This document shows, piece by piece, positions 1 through 10,300 of a DNA stretch of 64,000 bases. The position numbers and the translations under genes were made by a program. Below the pieces are notes generated by a model that did no database searches, had not been told where the DNA came from, and saw only the letters and a program-made list of their open reading frames with translations. Source of the DNA: Gemmatimonadales bacterium (GTDB taxonomy: Bacteria; Gemmatimonadota; Gemmatimonadetes; Gemmatimonadales; GWC2-71-9); assembly GCA_041577295.1 (NCBI GenBank), contig JBFGJG010000006.1, positions 32,001 to 96,000 on the forward strand. The letters run 5' to 3'. How positions within the stretch are numbered: the first letter of the stretch is position 1; each line of letters starts with the position of its first letter.

Positions 1-1
1 A

Positions 2-1432
2 CGCCATCACCTACTGCACCGCCTCGCGTCCTCTGCACCGGCGCTCGTACAGACCGCTCGGAGGCATCTTCAGTACGTGGACCGCGCCATCGCTGCGTGC
101 GCCCGCGGCGAACACTACTCCCGACCCGACCTGGCGCGGCTCGTTACCACGCACGACGAGCTCCAGTTGGACCTTACCGACCTGCTCTCGACGTCCAGCG
201 ATACTCCACTGCAGACGAGGAATCTCGAATGTGAGCGTCGCATCCTCGTCGCCATCATCGACGCTATTGCGAGCGTCGATCGACCATCGTCACCTAAAGC
301 CGCGCGGCTTCGACAGCTTCTGGCGGGCCGTTCCAGCAAGACCGTCGTCTTCGTAACCGCACTTGCCACCGCCTTTGAGGTTGCCGCCGAGCTGGGCTGG
401 CGCGAGCTCGCCGTTGTGGGAAACGGGACTGCATGGATTGCATCGGGTCACATTCCGGTGCAGGAAGCCCTCTCGCTTTTCGCTCCCGATGCGCGACGGG
501 CACCACCGCCGTCACGCGCTCTCAAGACCCGCTATCTCATTGCGACCGACTTCGCCAGTGAGGGACTCAACCTGCAGGATGCAAACGGAGTCGTGCATTA
601 CGACTTGCCATGGACACCTCTGCGTCTCGCGCAACGGCATGGCCGGGTGGCGCGTCTCGGTTCTCGACATCACGAGGTCGCGGTCTGGTGGTTTGCACCA
701 CCCCGAGTGCTCGCGCGCGCCATGCGGATCGAGACTAGGCTCGCCACGAAGGTGACTACACAGCTCGGCCTGGGGGTTGCGTGCACCAGCCGGGTTGGAC
801 ACGCGCACGTCACGAACCAGATGCTCTCTTGGAGTGATCGAGCCGCCGGGGAAGACAGCACCGCGGTTGGTGTGGTCGGGCACTCGGTGGTCAAGGGCCC
901 ACAGTTCGCGGGCTTTGCGGTTCGATGGCAAATCGGAAGCGCAACGGTCCCTGAGCTGATCGTGGTCGCTGGCGAGACCTACCGTCAGGTGAGCGACCCT
1001 GCGGTGATCAGAACAGCCTTCGACGCATTCGCCCGAGGGTCCAAGCTGCACCTCGAGCCACCATGCGAGGCGGAGCGAGCACTGACGACCATCCTCCGCG
1101 GGCGTCTCGCGTCCGCGCAGCGAGGCCCCGTCAACCCGGTCGCGCGCATGCTCGTGCGCAACGTGTTACGGAGGGCACGCGCCGCCGCAACGATGCGGTC
1201 GCGTGATGAACTCGAGCTCCTCGACTCAGTACTCGACCGCTTGGGCTACGGGGTACCTGTGGGAGCAGAGCGCGAGCTCGCGACCGCGTTGGAAAGTGGT
1301 AGCCTTGAGCGTCTGAAACGCTGGATGGCAAAGGTCCGCAATTCTAAACCGGCTGAGCCACAATTTCACCTGGCCGCAGCCGTGTTTTGTTGCGCAGGGG
1401 GGGAGAATGAGATTGATGGCGGCAACCGCTAA
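2..1432 (+). CDS. SNF2-like helicase, C-terminal part (5' truncated by window)
   Basis: Frame is open from base 2 ([11 protein letters not shown]...). HELICc motifs [14 protein letters not shown] and [22 protein letters not shown]. Confidence 0.8.
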   Translation, partial: RHHLLHRLASSAPALVQTARRHLQYVDRAIAACARGEHYSRPDLARLVTTHDELQLDLTDLLSTSSDTPLQTRNLECERRILVAIIDAIASVDRPSSPKAARLRQLLAGRSSKTVVFVTALATAFEVAAELGWRELAVVGNGTAWIASGHIPVQEALSLFAPDARRAPPPSRALKTRYLIATDFASEGLNLQDANGVVHYDLPWTPLRLAQRHGRVARLGSRHHEVAVWWFAPPRVLARAMRIETRLATKVTTQLGLGVACTSRVGHAHVTNQMLSWSDRAAGEDSTAVGVVGHSVVKGPQFAGFAVRWQIGSATVPELIVVAGETYRQVSDPAVIRTAFDAFARGSKLHLEPPCEAERALTTILRGRLASAQRGPVNPVARMLVRNVLRRARAAATMRSRDELELLDSVLDRLGYGVPVGAERELATALESGSLERLKRWMAKVRNSKPAEPQFHLAAAVFCCAGGENEIDGGNR

Positions 1433-2118
1433 GTCGTGCGGCTTGGTGTGAGCTCCTTCTCGTCATAGTAATCCAGCTTGTGCAACGGCATGACCACGCT
1501 CGACAGGACGTTCAAGATGTGCCCGCCAATGCGCTTGTAGTAGCGCGTTCCGAGAACCGCGGCGGTCGTAAACCTCGCATCGTGCTGACTCTCCGCGAGT
1601 GTCTTGAGCAATGCCTCACACCGATGGGCAAGATCTTTCCCGTCGCGAATCAACGTGATTGCCCGTTCGCGGTCTGAGGTGGCGAAGATCTCCGCCGTGG
1701 CGGCAAAGGCGGCTTCGACTCTCTCGCGAATCGATCGCAGCTCCTGGATTATTGGATTATCCGGTGGTGGTGTGGGGCGCAACTCTACGATGTCGGCAAG
1801 GTTCTTCGCGTAATCGCCGAGGCGCTCGACGTCCTTGACCAGACTCATTAACACGAGACAGTAAGGCAGGTCGGCAGTGTTGCCTTTGATAGAGAGGTGC
1901 GCGATCACTTGCTTACGTATCGTGCGTTGCAGCTTGTTGACTTGCACGTCCTGCTTGTAGATCTGGGTTCGCTCCTCTGGAGTGAAGGCCTTCCCGAAGT
2001 AGATTTCGCCTGCACGCACGGTCAATTCGTACGTGAGACGCAACATTTCGGCAAAGTTCTCCGCCATAGCGCTGAGCGGATTGCCTTCTCGAAAGATACT
2101 GAGCAGCTCGCGAAGCAT
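1429..2118 (-). CDS. PhoU-domain protein (phosphate transport accessory)
   Basis: D-x-x-VN and [20 protein letters not shown] PhoU-like repeats. ATG at 2118 with GGAG upstream. Directly downstream of the Na/Pi transporter. Confidence 0.8.
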   Translation of the reverse strand: MLRELLSIFREGNPLSAMAENFAEMLRLTYELTVRAGEIYFGKAFTPEERTQIYKQDVQVNKLQRTIRKQVIAHLSIKGNTADLPYCLVLMSLVKDVERLGDYAKNLADIVELRPTPPPDNPIIQELRSIRERVEAAFAATAEIFATSDRERAITLIRDGKDLAHRCEALLKTLAESQHDARFTTAAVLGTRYYKRIGGHILNVLSSVVMPLHKLDYYDEKELTPSRTT

Positions 2119-2129
2119 GATTCCGGCTC

Positions 2130-3299
2130 CTACTTGAGCACTCGATTGAGAATGGCGAACACGGCCGGGAGCCCGTAGAAGAGCGTCAAGACGTAAACGA
2201 GTGCCCAACGGCGGGAGCGCACAGCGATATTCGCTAGCCACAGAGCGGCCGCAAGGGGAATCTCGCGGATCCGCTGAACTGGGTAAATCAACAAGGTTCC
2301 ACTGATATTGAACAGGAGGTGCACCAAGGCAATCGTAATCCCTGCTGCGGCGTTTTCACCGGTTGCAGCGAGTGCCGCAAGGAGGGCTGTCACTGTGGTG
2401 CCGATGTTGGCACCGATGGTGATGGGGAAGGCCTGATGCAGCGTGATAACACCTGCTCCCGCCAGGGGCACGAGCAGGGACGTCGTGATGGAACTCGACT
2501 GCACCATCACGGTCACGACGACACCGACGAGCATCCCGAGCAGTGCGGTGCGCTCGAGCGCTCGCGAGACAATGACTTCTACCCGGCCGAGCATGGCCGA
2601 TCGCATGACCCGCACCAGCATCATTAGGCAGCTGAAGATCAACAGCGCACTGCACGCGATGAGAAAGATCGCGCGGAGCCGCTCGGACTCAACGAGAAAG
2701 CCAATTCCCCCCTTGATGGGCGCAAGACCAACCTTCAGGAGTCCTTTGATCGGACTGTCGTAGTCAACACCACCGAGCCCAGTCAGGAATCCAGTCAGCG
2801 TGGTCGCCGCAGTTCGGAGGTAGCCCGTGGCCATCTCGAGCGGAAGCAATACCAAGACCGAGAGGAAGTTGAAGAAGTCATGACACGTCGCAACAGAGAA
2901 GGCCCGCCGGAACTCGTCCTTCCGGGCCATGTGAGCCAGTGAGACGATCGTGTTGGTCACGGTCGTGCCGATGTTGGCCCCCATGATCATGGGCACGGCG
3001 TTGGCAACGGGAAGCGGGTTTTCCGGAGCAGCTACCAGAGCGACTACCAACGAGGTCGTGACCGATGAGCTTTGCACCAGGGTGGTGGCCAACACGCCGA
3101 CCATGAGGCTGATAAAGGGGTTTTGTGTTGCCTCGAAAAACGACTCGAGAGCGGCCCGGCCGAGCGCCTTGAAACCATCGCCCAAGCCGTTCACTCCGAT
3201 GAGAAAGAGATACAGCAGCAGGAGAACGGCCACCGTCTTGGCAAGAGGATGCGCCGCCAAAACAGCGAGGCGGTGGCTGGGACCGGGAATGGACGTCAA
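2130..3299 (-). CDS. nptA: Na+/phosphate cotransporter (NptA/SLC34 family)
   Basis: Two QSSS repeats, each followed by GANIGTT; polytopic hydrophobic protein. Confidence 0.9.
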   Translation of the reverse strand: MTSIPGPSHRLAVLAAHPLAKTVAVLLLLYLFLIGVNGLGDGFKALGRAALESFFEATQNPFISLMVGVLATTLVQSSSVTTSLVVALVAAPENPLPVANAVPMIMGANIGTTVTNTIVSLAHMARKDEFRRAFSVATCHDFFNFLSVLVLLPLEMATGYLRTAATTLTGFLTGLGGVDYDSPIKGLLKVGLAPIKGGIGFLVESERLRAIFLIACSALLIFSCLMMLVRVMRSAMLGRVEVIVSRALERTALLGMLVGVVVTVMVQSSSITTSLLVPLAGAGVITLHQAFPITIGANIGTTVTALLAALAATGENAAAGITIALVHLLFNISGTLLIYPVQRIREIPLAAALWLANIAVRSRRWALVYVLTLFYGLPAVFAILNRVLK

Positions 3300-3418
3300 G
3301 AGTGCGGGTCGTTGCGAGACACCAGCTTCACGTGGCCTCTTATTCCTGGGAAGTTATGCCGCCGGCGCCAATTGTGTCCCGCAATCGCCGCATGGGCAAG
3401 TGCCGGCGAGTGGAGTTC

Positions 3419-3446
3419 TTGCGTACTACGCATTTCGGTTTATATT
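3419..3446 (+). promoter_or_regulatory. sigma70-type promoter for the Zn-ribbon/radical SAM operon
   Basis: TTGCGT (3419-3424), 16-bp spacer, TATATT (3441-3446). Predicted start site about 3453, coinciding with the ATG. Confidence 0.55.
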
Positions 3447-3449
3447 CGG
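3434..3449 (+). promoter_or_regulatory. Candidate DNA-damage operator TTCGG-N6-TTCGG
   Basis: TTCGG-TTTATA-TTCGG overlaps the -10 element. A degenerate inverted copy (TTCGG-GTTATT-ACCGG on minus) lies at 3460-3475. Confidence 0.65.
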
Positions 3450-3452
3450 GTC

Positions 3453-3638
3453 ATGGTACCCGGTAATAACCCGAAACTCAGGCCCACCGTACTGTGTACT
3501 CGGGACGTTTCTGGTGCTCGGCGCTGGGGAGGAGCGGACCCCCAACCTCCCTCACCATGTCCCGAATGTGGTGGTGTCGTCCAGCCGGCGTCAGGGTGTT
3601 TCCACTGCGCTCACTGCGGCTGGAGCTTCTGTAGCTGA
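3453..3638 (+). CDS. Small Zn-ribbon protein (61 aa), probably leaderless
   Basis: C-terminus CPECGGVVQPASGCFHCAHCGWSFCS resembles the terminal Zn ribbon of NrdJ. Stop is 3 bp before the radical SAM ATG. Confidence 0.6.
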   Translation: MVPGNNPKLRPTVLCTRDVSGARRWGGADPQPPSPCPECGGVVQPASGCFHCAHCGWSFCS

Positions 3639-3641
3639 CGG

Positions 3642-4679
3642 ATGACGAGCGGTCAGCCCGAGTTTTTTGCACCTCCGCCGCAGCGACGACGGCGAACACT
3701 CACCATTCTCGACGCGCGAAGGAGAGGTGCGTCCTTTGTCGAGCACTCGGCGCGAACGGTCATTAACTCACCCGAGTCGACCGGGATGGGATTCTGGTCG
3801 ATCAACCCGTACGTTGGGTGCGAGTACGGGTGCTCCTATTGTTATGCACGCTACGCGCACGATTACGTCACGAGCCGAGTGGGTGACGAAGGGCATGCGC
3901 GAGCGCTCAAAGAACCGTTTGAGCAACGTATCTTCGTGAAACGCACAGCCGATGTTGCGGCGGCGCTGGATCGCGATCTCGCAAAGGTCCGTGCACGGAG
4001 TAGACGTAGTCCTCAGAACGTCGTCATCGGAACCGCCACCGACCCTTACCAGCCAGCCGAGCGGACGTATCTCCTGACGCGTACCGTCCTTCAGCGACTG
4101 GGGCGGGAGCGCGGATTTCACATAGGTGTTATCACAAAGAGTCCACTGGTGCGGCGCGATCTCGATGTTTTGGTGCAGTTGCTCGAGAGGCACCGAGTAA
4201 GCGTGTATATCTCGCTCATCAGCGTGGACGTTTCGCTGATTCGCCGCTTCGAGGCACGAAGCCCGATGCCCCGTGTGAGACTGAAGGCCCTTCAGCGGCT
4301 TTCCGCGGCGGGCGTACGGGCCGGACTGATCGTCGCACCCGTTTTGCCCGGCATCACTGACACCGCTGAGCAGATCGCGGCACTCATGGCTGCGGCACAG
4401 AAAGCCGGAGCGCGCTTCGTCTATCCCAGCGTCTTGAGGATGTATCCGGAGACATGGGAACGGCTGCTGCCGCTAATCGAGGGGTTCTCGCCAACCCTTG
4501 CCCAGCGCTACCGGGTTGCGTATGCACGGCGACGAGATGCTCCACGAGAATACGGGATGGCGTTGCGGGAGCGATTCCGCCGGATCGCAAATAGGTTTGG
4601 TATCCCCGAGACCGATGGTGATGCCGAACAACCACGCTTCGAATCGGAGAGGCAGATCGACCAGCTCAGCCTGTTTTGA
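3642..4679 (+). CDS. SplB-like (Rv2578c-type) radical SAM DNA repair protein
   Basis: SINPYVGCEYGCSYCYAR (CxxxCxxC), GTATDPYQPAE, ITKS, PVLPGITD; C-terminal QLSLF. Confidence 0.9.
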   Translation: MTSGQPEFFAPPPQRRRRTLTILDARRRGASFVEHSARTVINSPESTGMGFWSINPYVGCEYGCSYCYARYAHDYVTSRVGDEGHARALKEPFEQRIFVKRTADVAAALDRDLAKVRARSRRSPQNVVIGTATDPYQPAERTYLLTRTVLQRLGRERGFHIGVITKSPLVRRDLDVLVQLLERHRVSVYISLISVDVSLIRRFEARSPMPRVRLKALQRLSAAGVRAGLIVAPVLPGITDTAEQIAALMAAAQKAGARFVYPSVLRMYPETWERLLPLIEGFSPTLAQRYRVAYARRRDAPREYGMALRERFRRIANRFGIPETDGDAEQPRFESERQIDQLSLF

Positions 4680-4705
4680 TCCCTTCTATCCCCACTATCC
4701 CTTCT
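4679..4705. repeat. Three tandem 9-mers ATCCCYWCT between convergent genes
   Basis: ATCCCTTCT ATCCCCACT ATCCCTTCT. Confidence 0.7.
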
Positions 4706-4707
4706 AT

Positions 4708-5601
4708 TCAAAGATTGAGCTCCATTTCACCGTGCGCCCCGACCCCCTTGATCCCGAGCGGCGCGAGCACGTCGGCATACGTATGCGCCAAGGCCGGTGG
4801 AACCTCTACCTGCTCACCACTAGAGAGGCGTTTGAGCATGGACGCGTTTGCCGGCGCCTGGCCGCGAAAATGGTTGTTCGTGATGACGTAGGTTTCACGG
4901 GCGCGTTCGGCCACCTGGTGGATGAGATCCAACCATGCGCGTAACTCGTCCACAGTATAGAGGTAATCATAGCGCTCATGAGCCTCTGCATTGTCACGGA
5001 ACCAGTTCTCGTAGTTGCGGCCATGCAATCGCACGTATCCTACCGCTGAGGTGACGCGTGCACCGGGTTTGATGGAGTGCCGGAAGATCGGTTGATCGAC
5101 GTTCACCGCCCCGACGTTCTGCTCGGTGAGCCAACTGTAGAATTCGGGCACATTCCACGAGCTGTGACGGACCTCGACGGTGACGGGAAACTCGGCAAAG
5201 GCATTCAGTACATCTCCCAACCACTCTTCCGACTCCGGTGAGCGTTTGAAGGACCATGGGAACTGAGCCAGAATGCATCCGAGCCGGTTATGGTCGGCGA
5301 GCGGTGTCATGCTTGCTTTCACCAGGTCGACTTCCGCAGGTTGCCAGGCCGTGTCGCGTTCGTGGGTAAATCGCTTCCACAACTTGGCGGTGAATTTGAA
5401 GGCGTCGTTGTGGCTGACCCGGCGTGCCCAGCCCTCAGAGGCCTTGGACGTTGCTGGACGGTAAAAGGTGGAGTTGATCTCGATGGTGTCGTAGTACGTA
5501 GAGAGGAATGCCAAGGGATCGAAGCCGCGTGGTTTGGTGATGGGATACACCGGACCGTACCAGTCCTCGTAGCTCCAGCCCGCAACGCCGAAACGAATCA
5601 T
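4708..5601 (-). CDS. DUF72 (YecE-like) domain protein
   Basis: GVAGWSYEDW, IEINSTFYRP, QFPWSF, VEVRHSSW, YVRLHGRN, YDYLY. Confidence 0.9.
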   Translation of the reverse strand: MIRFGVAGWSYEDWYGPVYPITKPRGFDPLAFLSTYYDTIEINSTFYRPATSKASEGWARRVSHNDAFKFTAKLWKRFTHERDTAWQPAEVDLVKASMTPLADHNRLGCILAQFPWSFKRSPESEEWLGDVLNAFAEFPVTVEVRHSSWNVPEFYSWLTEQNVGAVNVDQPIFRHSIKPGARVTSAVGYVRLHGRNYENWFRDNAEAHERYDYLYTVDELRAWLDLIHQVAERARETYVITNNHFRGQAPANASMLKRLSSGEQVEVPPALAHTYADVLAPLGIKGVGAHGEMELNL

Positions 5602-5702
5602 ACGTGCACGTTAGCAGCTTTTTTTGTCCGCGATACGCAATCCGGCAATTAGACCAGATAGCCTATTGATTAACAATATGTTACACCATCTCGATCGGGT
5701 GG

Positions 5703-5731
5703 TTGCGGCATAGCACACTTCGGGATATATT
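5703..5731 (+). promoter_or_regulatory. sigma70-type promoter of the imuB-dnaE2 operon
   Basis: TTGCGG (5703-5708), 17-bp spacer, TATATT (5726-5731). Confidence 0.6.
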
Positions 5732-5759
5732 CGGTAATTAATATACGGTTTTTCTTCGG
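5719..5759 (+). promoter_or_regulatory. Two candidate DNA-damage operators upstream of imuB
   Basis: TTCGG-GATATA-TTCGG (5719-5734) over the -10, and TACGG-TTTTTC-TTCGG (5744-5759) just downstream of the predicted start site. Confidence 0.65.
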
Positions 5760-5770
5760 TTTACGGAGCC

Positions 5771-7102
5771 ATGGTCCCGCGCACGAACCTCAGCCTCAAC
5801 CATGATATCGTGAGCGAGCTCGCTGCTTGCGTTTGGATTCCTCTCTTCGCACTCCGGGCTGAGGAGTTGCGACGACCTGAGCTCTCCAATCGGCCAGCTG
5901 CGTTGCTGGCACCAGATGATGCTCGCCGTCTGTGGCATGTGTCGCCGGTTGCGCGGCGTTATGGCGTCAAAGCCGGCATAACGGTGAGCCAGGCGATTGG
6001 ACTATGCCCCTCGCTCACACTTTGCGAACCCGACCCCGTCTATTACGACGAGCAGTTTGCTCGTCTGTTACTGGCGTTGAGCAATGTGAGCCCGGTCGTG
6101 GAGCCTGTAGAGCTGGGCAAGGTGTACGTGGGCGTTGACGGATTCGATCGGCTCTATGGAAACGCAGAGCAACAACTCAAGGCAATACGTGACGCTATCG
6201 CGGGGAGACGCCTCGGTCCTCCGAATCGGCGGCGGTGGCAACGCAGATTCGTCAATACACGGACCCGTGGTAAGACGGGGCCTGGGTGGGCCTCCTGGGC
6301 TCGTTTGGGTTGGGCACGAGGGAAGTTCGCCGCCTGGGTAGCTGCAGCGAAAGCCAAATCAGGGGAATGGACCATCGTTTCGGATTCGACACGATCCACT
6401 TTTCTCGCAACGCAGTCGGTAGCTGCACTCCCCATCCAATCGGATACACACCATCGTCTTTGGCAATTGGGTATCAAGACGCTCGCAGATGTGGCGCGGC
6501 TACCGGAGACCGCTATGGTGGCCCAATTCGGCAGTGAGGGCCGTCGTGCATGGCGTTTGGCAGCGGGCATTGCAGACGACCCCGTCGTGGGACGGCCGCG
6601 TCCCGAACCCATTGTGGCCGCTCTCGACTACCTGACACCCGTGGCAGACCGGGGCATGTTGGCGCACGCACTTGGCATTCTCATCGATCGTGCTCTCAAG
6701 CATCCGCGGCGGGTTGGTTGGCGGGTTCACAAAGTCCAGACGCGCGCGATGCTCGAGGGTGGCGCGTCTTGGATGATCGAGGCCACGCTCAAAGATCCTT
6801 CCGCAGATCGAGAACACATTACCGCGCCGTTGCGCGTGCATTTGGAGCGATCGCCCCCCATTGGAGCGGTTGAGCATCTCTCCGTGGAGTTCGTCGAGTT
6901 CGCACCCGGAACGGCAGAGCTCCAGCTATTTGCTCGTGATGCACAAAGCAGTGCCAGAGCAAAACGGCAACATGCACTTCGGAACGCTGTAAGGGAAATC
7001 AGGACCCGACTGAAACGATCCGCGCTCTATCATGTCATCGAGGTACATCCATGGTCGCGACTTCCCGAGCGTCGTTACGCGTTGATCGACTTCGAGCCCT
7101 GA
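5771..7102 (+). CDS. imuB: ImuB, catalytically inactive Y-family polymerase homolog
   Basis: Y-family signatures (ARRYGVKAGITVSQAIGLCP, SPVVEP, LGIKTLADVA) without the catalytic acidic residues. C-terminal ELQLF and SRLPERR. Upstream of dnaE2. Start may be GTG at 5810. Confidence 0.85.
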   Translation: MVPRTNLSLNHDIVSELAACVWIPLFALRAEELRRPELSNRPAALLAPDDARRLWHVSPVARRYGVKAGITVSQAIGLCPSLTLCEPDPVYYDEQFARLLLALSNVSPVVEPVELGKVYVGVDGFDRLYGNAEQQLKAIRDAIAGRRLGPPNRRRWQRRFVNTRTRGKTGPGWASWARLGWARGKFAAWVAAAKAKSGEWTIVSDSTRSTFLATQSVAALPIQSDTHHRLWQLGIKTLADVARLPETAMVAQFGSEGRRAWRLAAGIADDPVVGRPRPEPIVAALDYLTPVADRGMLAHALGILIDRALKHPRRVGWRVHKVQTRAMLEGGASWMIEATLKDPSADREHITAPLRVHLERSPPIGAVEHLSVEFVEFAPGTAELQLFARDAQSSARAKRQHALRNAVREIRTRLKRSALYHVIEVHPWSRLPERRYALIDFEP

Positions 7103-7350
7103 ATGTCCCCGTCAAGGTGACTGTCAGAACGGACGAGCAGGGACTACCCACCGTCGTGGCGGAAGATGGTGCGGTTGGAGAAGATGATGGTAGAGCTATT
7201 GAGGAAATCCTGGAGATCTGGCGTGTGGATGACGAGTGGTGGCGGCAGCCTATTGCAAGACGCTATGTCGACGTGGTGTTGGTGGGCGGTGGGCATGTCA
7301 TCCTGTTCGAGGACCTGATCACGCACGAATGGTTCATGCAGAGGCCCTAG
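7051..7350 (+). CDS. Small mutasome-cassette protein (DUF6504-like)
   Basis: IEEILEIWRVDDEWWR...RRYVDV...LFED...W pattern, located between imuB and dnaE2. Overlaps the imuB 3' end. Confidence 0.7.
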   Translation: MVATSRASLRVDRLRALNVPVKVTVRTDEQGLPTVVAEDGAVGEDDGRAIEEILEIWRVDDEWWRQPIARRYVDVVLVGGGHVILFEDLITHEWFMQRP

Positions 7351-10300
7351 TTGTACGTCGAGCTCCACTGTCATTCCGCGTTCTCTTTTCTCGACGGCGC
7401 CTCACTCCCAGAGCAACTCGTGTTTCAAGCTCAAGAGCTGGGCTACTCCGCTCTCGCGCTCACGGATCACAACGGGCTCTACGGATCGATGGTCTTTGCC
7501 CAGGCGGCAAAGCACATGGGGATACAGGCGATCACTGGTGCTGAAGTCACGTTGCTCGATGGTACACACCTCACGCTCCTCGTCGAGACCGCGCAAGGAT
7601 ACGCCAACCTGTGCCGGCTCCTCACTGAAACACACCTCGGGCGCGAGGATCGACGAGATCCACGGCTCGATTTTGCCTCGTTGGAGGCGCGTCATGAGGG
7701 CCTAATCATTCTCTCGGGATGTCGTGGAGGAATGCTACCTCGAGTCTTACAACAGGAGGGTCATCGAGCCGCGTGTCATCTCGCTGAGCGGTGTCGCGAT
7801 GTTTTTGGTCCCGAGCGGTTCTTTATCGAGCTGCAACGGAACGCAGTGCACGGTGATCGAGCCTTGACCCGTGCGCTTGGCGAGATTGCAGATTCCATTG
7901 GGCTCGCAGTTGTGGCGTCGGGCGATGTTCATTATCACCGGCGTGAGCGCCATCGATTGCACGACGCTCTCGTTGCCATCCGGCATCGGACAACCTTGGA
8001 TGCATCGCATGATGTGCGACATCCCAACAGTGAGTTCTTTCTCAAACGACCTGAGGAGCAAGTCGAGAACTTTTGCGATCGCCACGATGCGATCGCCAAT
8101 ACGTTGGTCATCGCCGAACGCTGTGCGGCGTTCGATCTGACCAAAGATCTTGGCTACACCTTTCCTGATTTCCGCAATGCAAATGGTCGCTCGCCGCCCC
8201 GTGCGCTGAGCGAGCTGTGCCAGGTAAAGCTGGACGAATACTACCATCCAGATCATCCCCAACGCACCGAAGCCGAGAGTCGGCTGGCCGAAGAGCTCCG
8301 GCTGATCGCGCGGCACGGCCTCTGTGGATTCTTTCTCGTTTATCACGACCTCTACGACCTCGCTCGGGAAGTCGCGGCCGATGTTCGCCGGGGAACACGA
8401 CGCGCGCTCGCCAACATGCTGCCAGGACGTGGTCGTGGGTCGTCCGTATCGTCCATCGTCTGTTATCTGCTGGGGTTGTCGCATATCGACCCAATTGAAA
8501 ACCGCTTGTTCCTGGGCCGCTTCTTGAATGAGACGTTGGCATCTGTACCAGATATCGATCTGGATTTTTCCCGCGAGATACGAGAAGAGCTCATTCGGCG
8601 TGTCTATCAACGATACGGAGACGAGCACGTGGGACTCGTCTGCACTTTTCCCACCTATCGTCTGCGCTCGGCTGTACGGGAGTTGGGGAAAGCGCTCGAT
8701 CTCCCCGCTGGTGAAATCGAGCAGGTCGCTCGGTTAGCCAGTCACTACTCCACCAATGGATTGCGGGAAGAGCTGACACAGCTTCCGGGATTCGCCGAGC
8801 GGGTCAACGCACCACTCTGGCGCGATCTCTGTGATCTCGCCGAAGAAATTGCCGGCCTGCCACGCCACATCTCCCAACACGTCGGTGGCATGATCATCTC
8901 GAGCCGGCCCCTCGTCGAGATCGTTCCCTTGGAGCGCTCCGCCATGCCGGACCGCGTCCTTTGTCAGTGGGATAAGGATTCGTGTGACGACGCGCGGTTC
9001 ATCAAGATCGATTTCCTTGCCCTGGGGATGCTTTCGCTGGTGGAAGAGTGCGTCGAGCAGATCGCGCGCAAGGAAGGTACCCCACCCAACCTGAGCCGTA
9101 TCGACTTCGAGGACGAGGTTGTCTACGACCAGATCTGCGCGGGTGACACGGTCGGTCTCTTTCAGATCGAGAGTCGTGCCCAAATCCAGATGATCCGTCG
9201 CACCCGCCCACGTAATCTCGCAGATCTCGCCGTGGAGGTCGCCATCGTACGTCCCGGTCCCATCGTCGGTGGTGCCGTCAACCCCTATGTCAGACGACGG
9301 GAGGAACAGCGCCGGGCTGGCGAACGCGGCCAGTCGTATGACCCACCAGTCGATCATCCGCTCCTCAAGGAAGCGCTCGCAGAGACCCTCGGTGTAATCA
9401 TCTATCAAGATCAAGTGCTCCAAGTCTGCCAAGCACTTGCCGGGTTCACTGCCGGACAGGCGGAGGCGCTCCGGCGAGCGATGAGCCGACGGCGGTCGCG
9501 TGAGCTGATGGAGAATTTCTGGGATGATTTCCGAAACGGCTCGAGAGCCCGCGGTGTCTCCGAGGCAACGGCACGTCGGGTGTTCGAGCAAGTAGTGGCC
9601 TTTTCGGAATTCGGCTTCCCTAAGTCACATGCTGCGGCGTTTGGGTTACTGGCGTACCAGTCCGCGTGGCTCCGGCACTATTACACGGTCGAGTACTACT
9701 GCGCACTCTTCAACAATCAGCCGATGGGATTCTACTCCCTCGATGCGCTGTGTCGCGATGCCGTTCGGCACGGCCTTGAGATCCTGCTGCCCGACATCAA
9801 TACGAGTGATGTCTACTGCACCATTGAGGGACAGTCCGTGCGTATTGGTCTGGGTTTCATTCGGGACTGGGGACTCGACATCACCGAGGAAGTGGTGGTG
9901 GAACGAGAACGCCATGGTCCATTTCGAGGACTAGGCGACTTTATCCGTCGCGCGCCCCCGACGTTATCGCGAGACGCGATCGACAACATGGTGTGGGTGG
10001 GTGCGTGTGACAACTTTGGACTCACACGTCGTGAGCTTTTGTGGCAAGCAGGACTCTGGTTGCCGCCGAAAACCGAACACCCAAAACACGGCCGGGTACG
10101 GCGCCAGCTGGAACTGCCACTCAACCACCCGCACGAACAACTACCCTTTGGCAACGTTGCAGAGGATGAGCGGCTGTTGGCGGAGTATCAGGTGCTCGGA
10201 TTCGCTGCCAGCGGACACCCGTTGTCACTGGTTCGTGATGCCATGCCACCACACGTCGTGCGCAGCGACCAGTTCGACGAGATCCCACACGAAGCATCGG

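Noticed and set aside
7051..7102. Programmed frameshift fusing imuB to the next ORF
   Set aside because: No slippery sequence; imuB has a normal C-terminus, and the small ORF has its own ATG with GAGG upstream.
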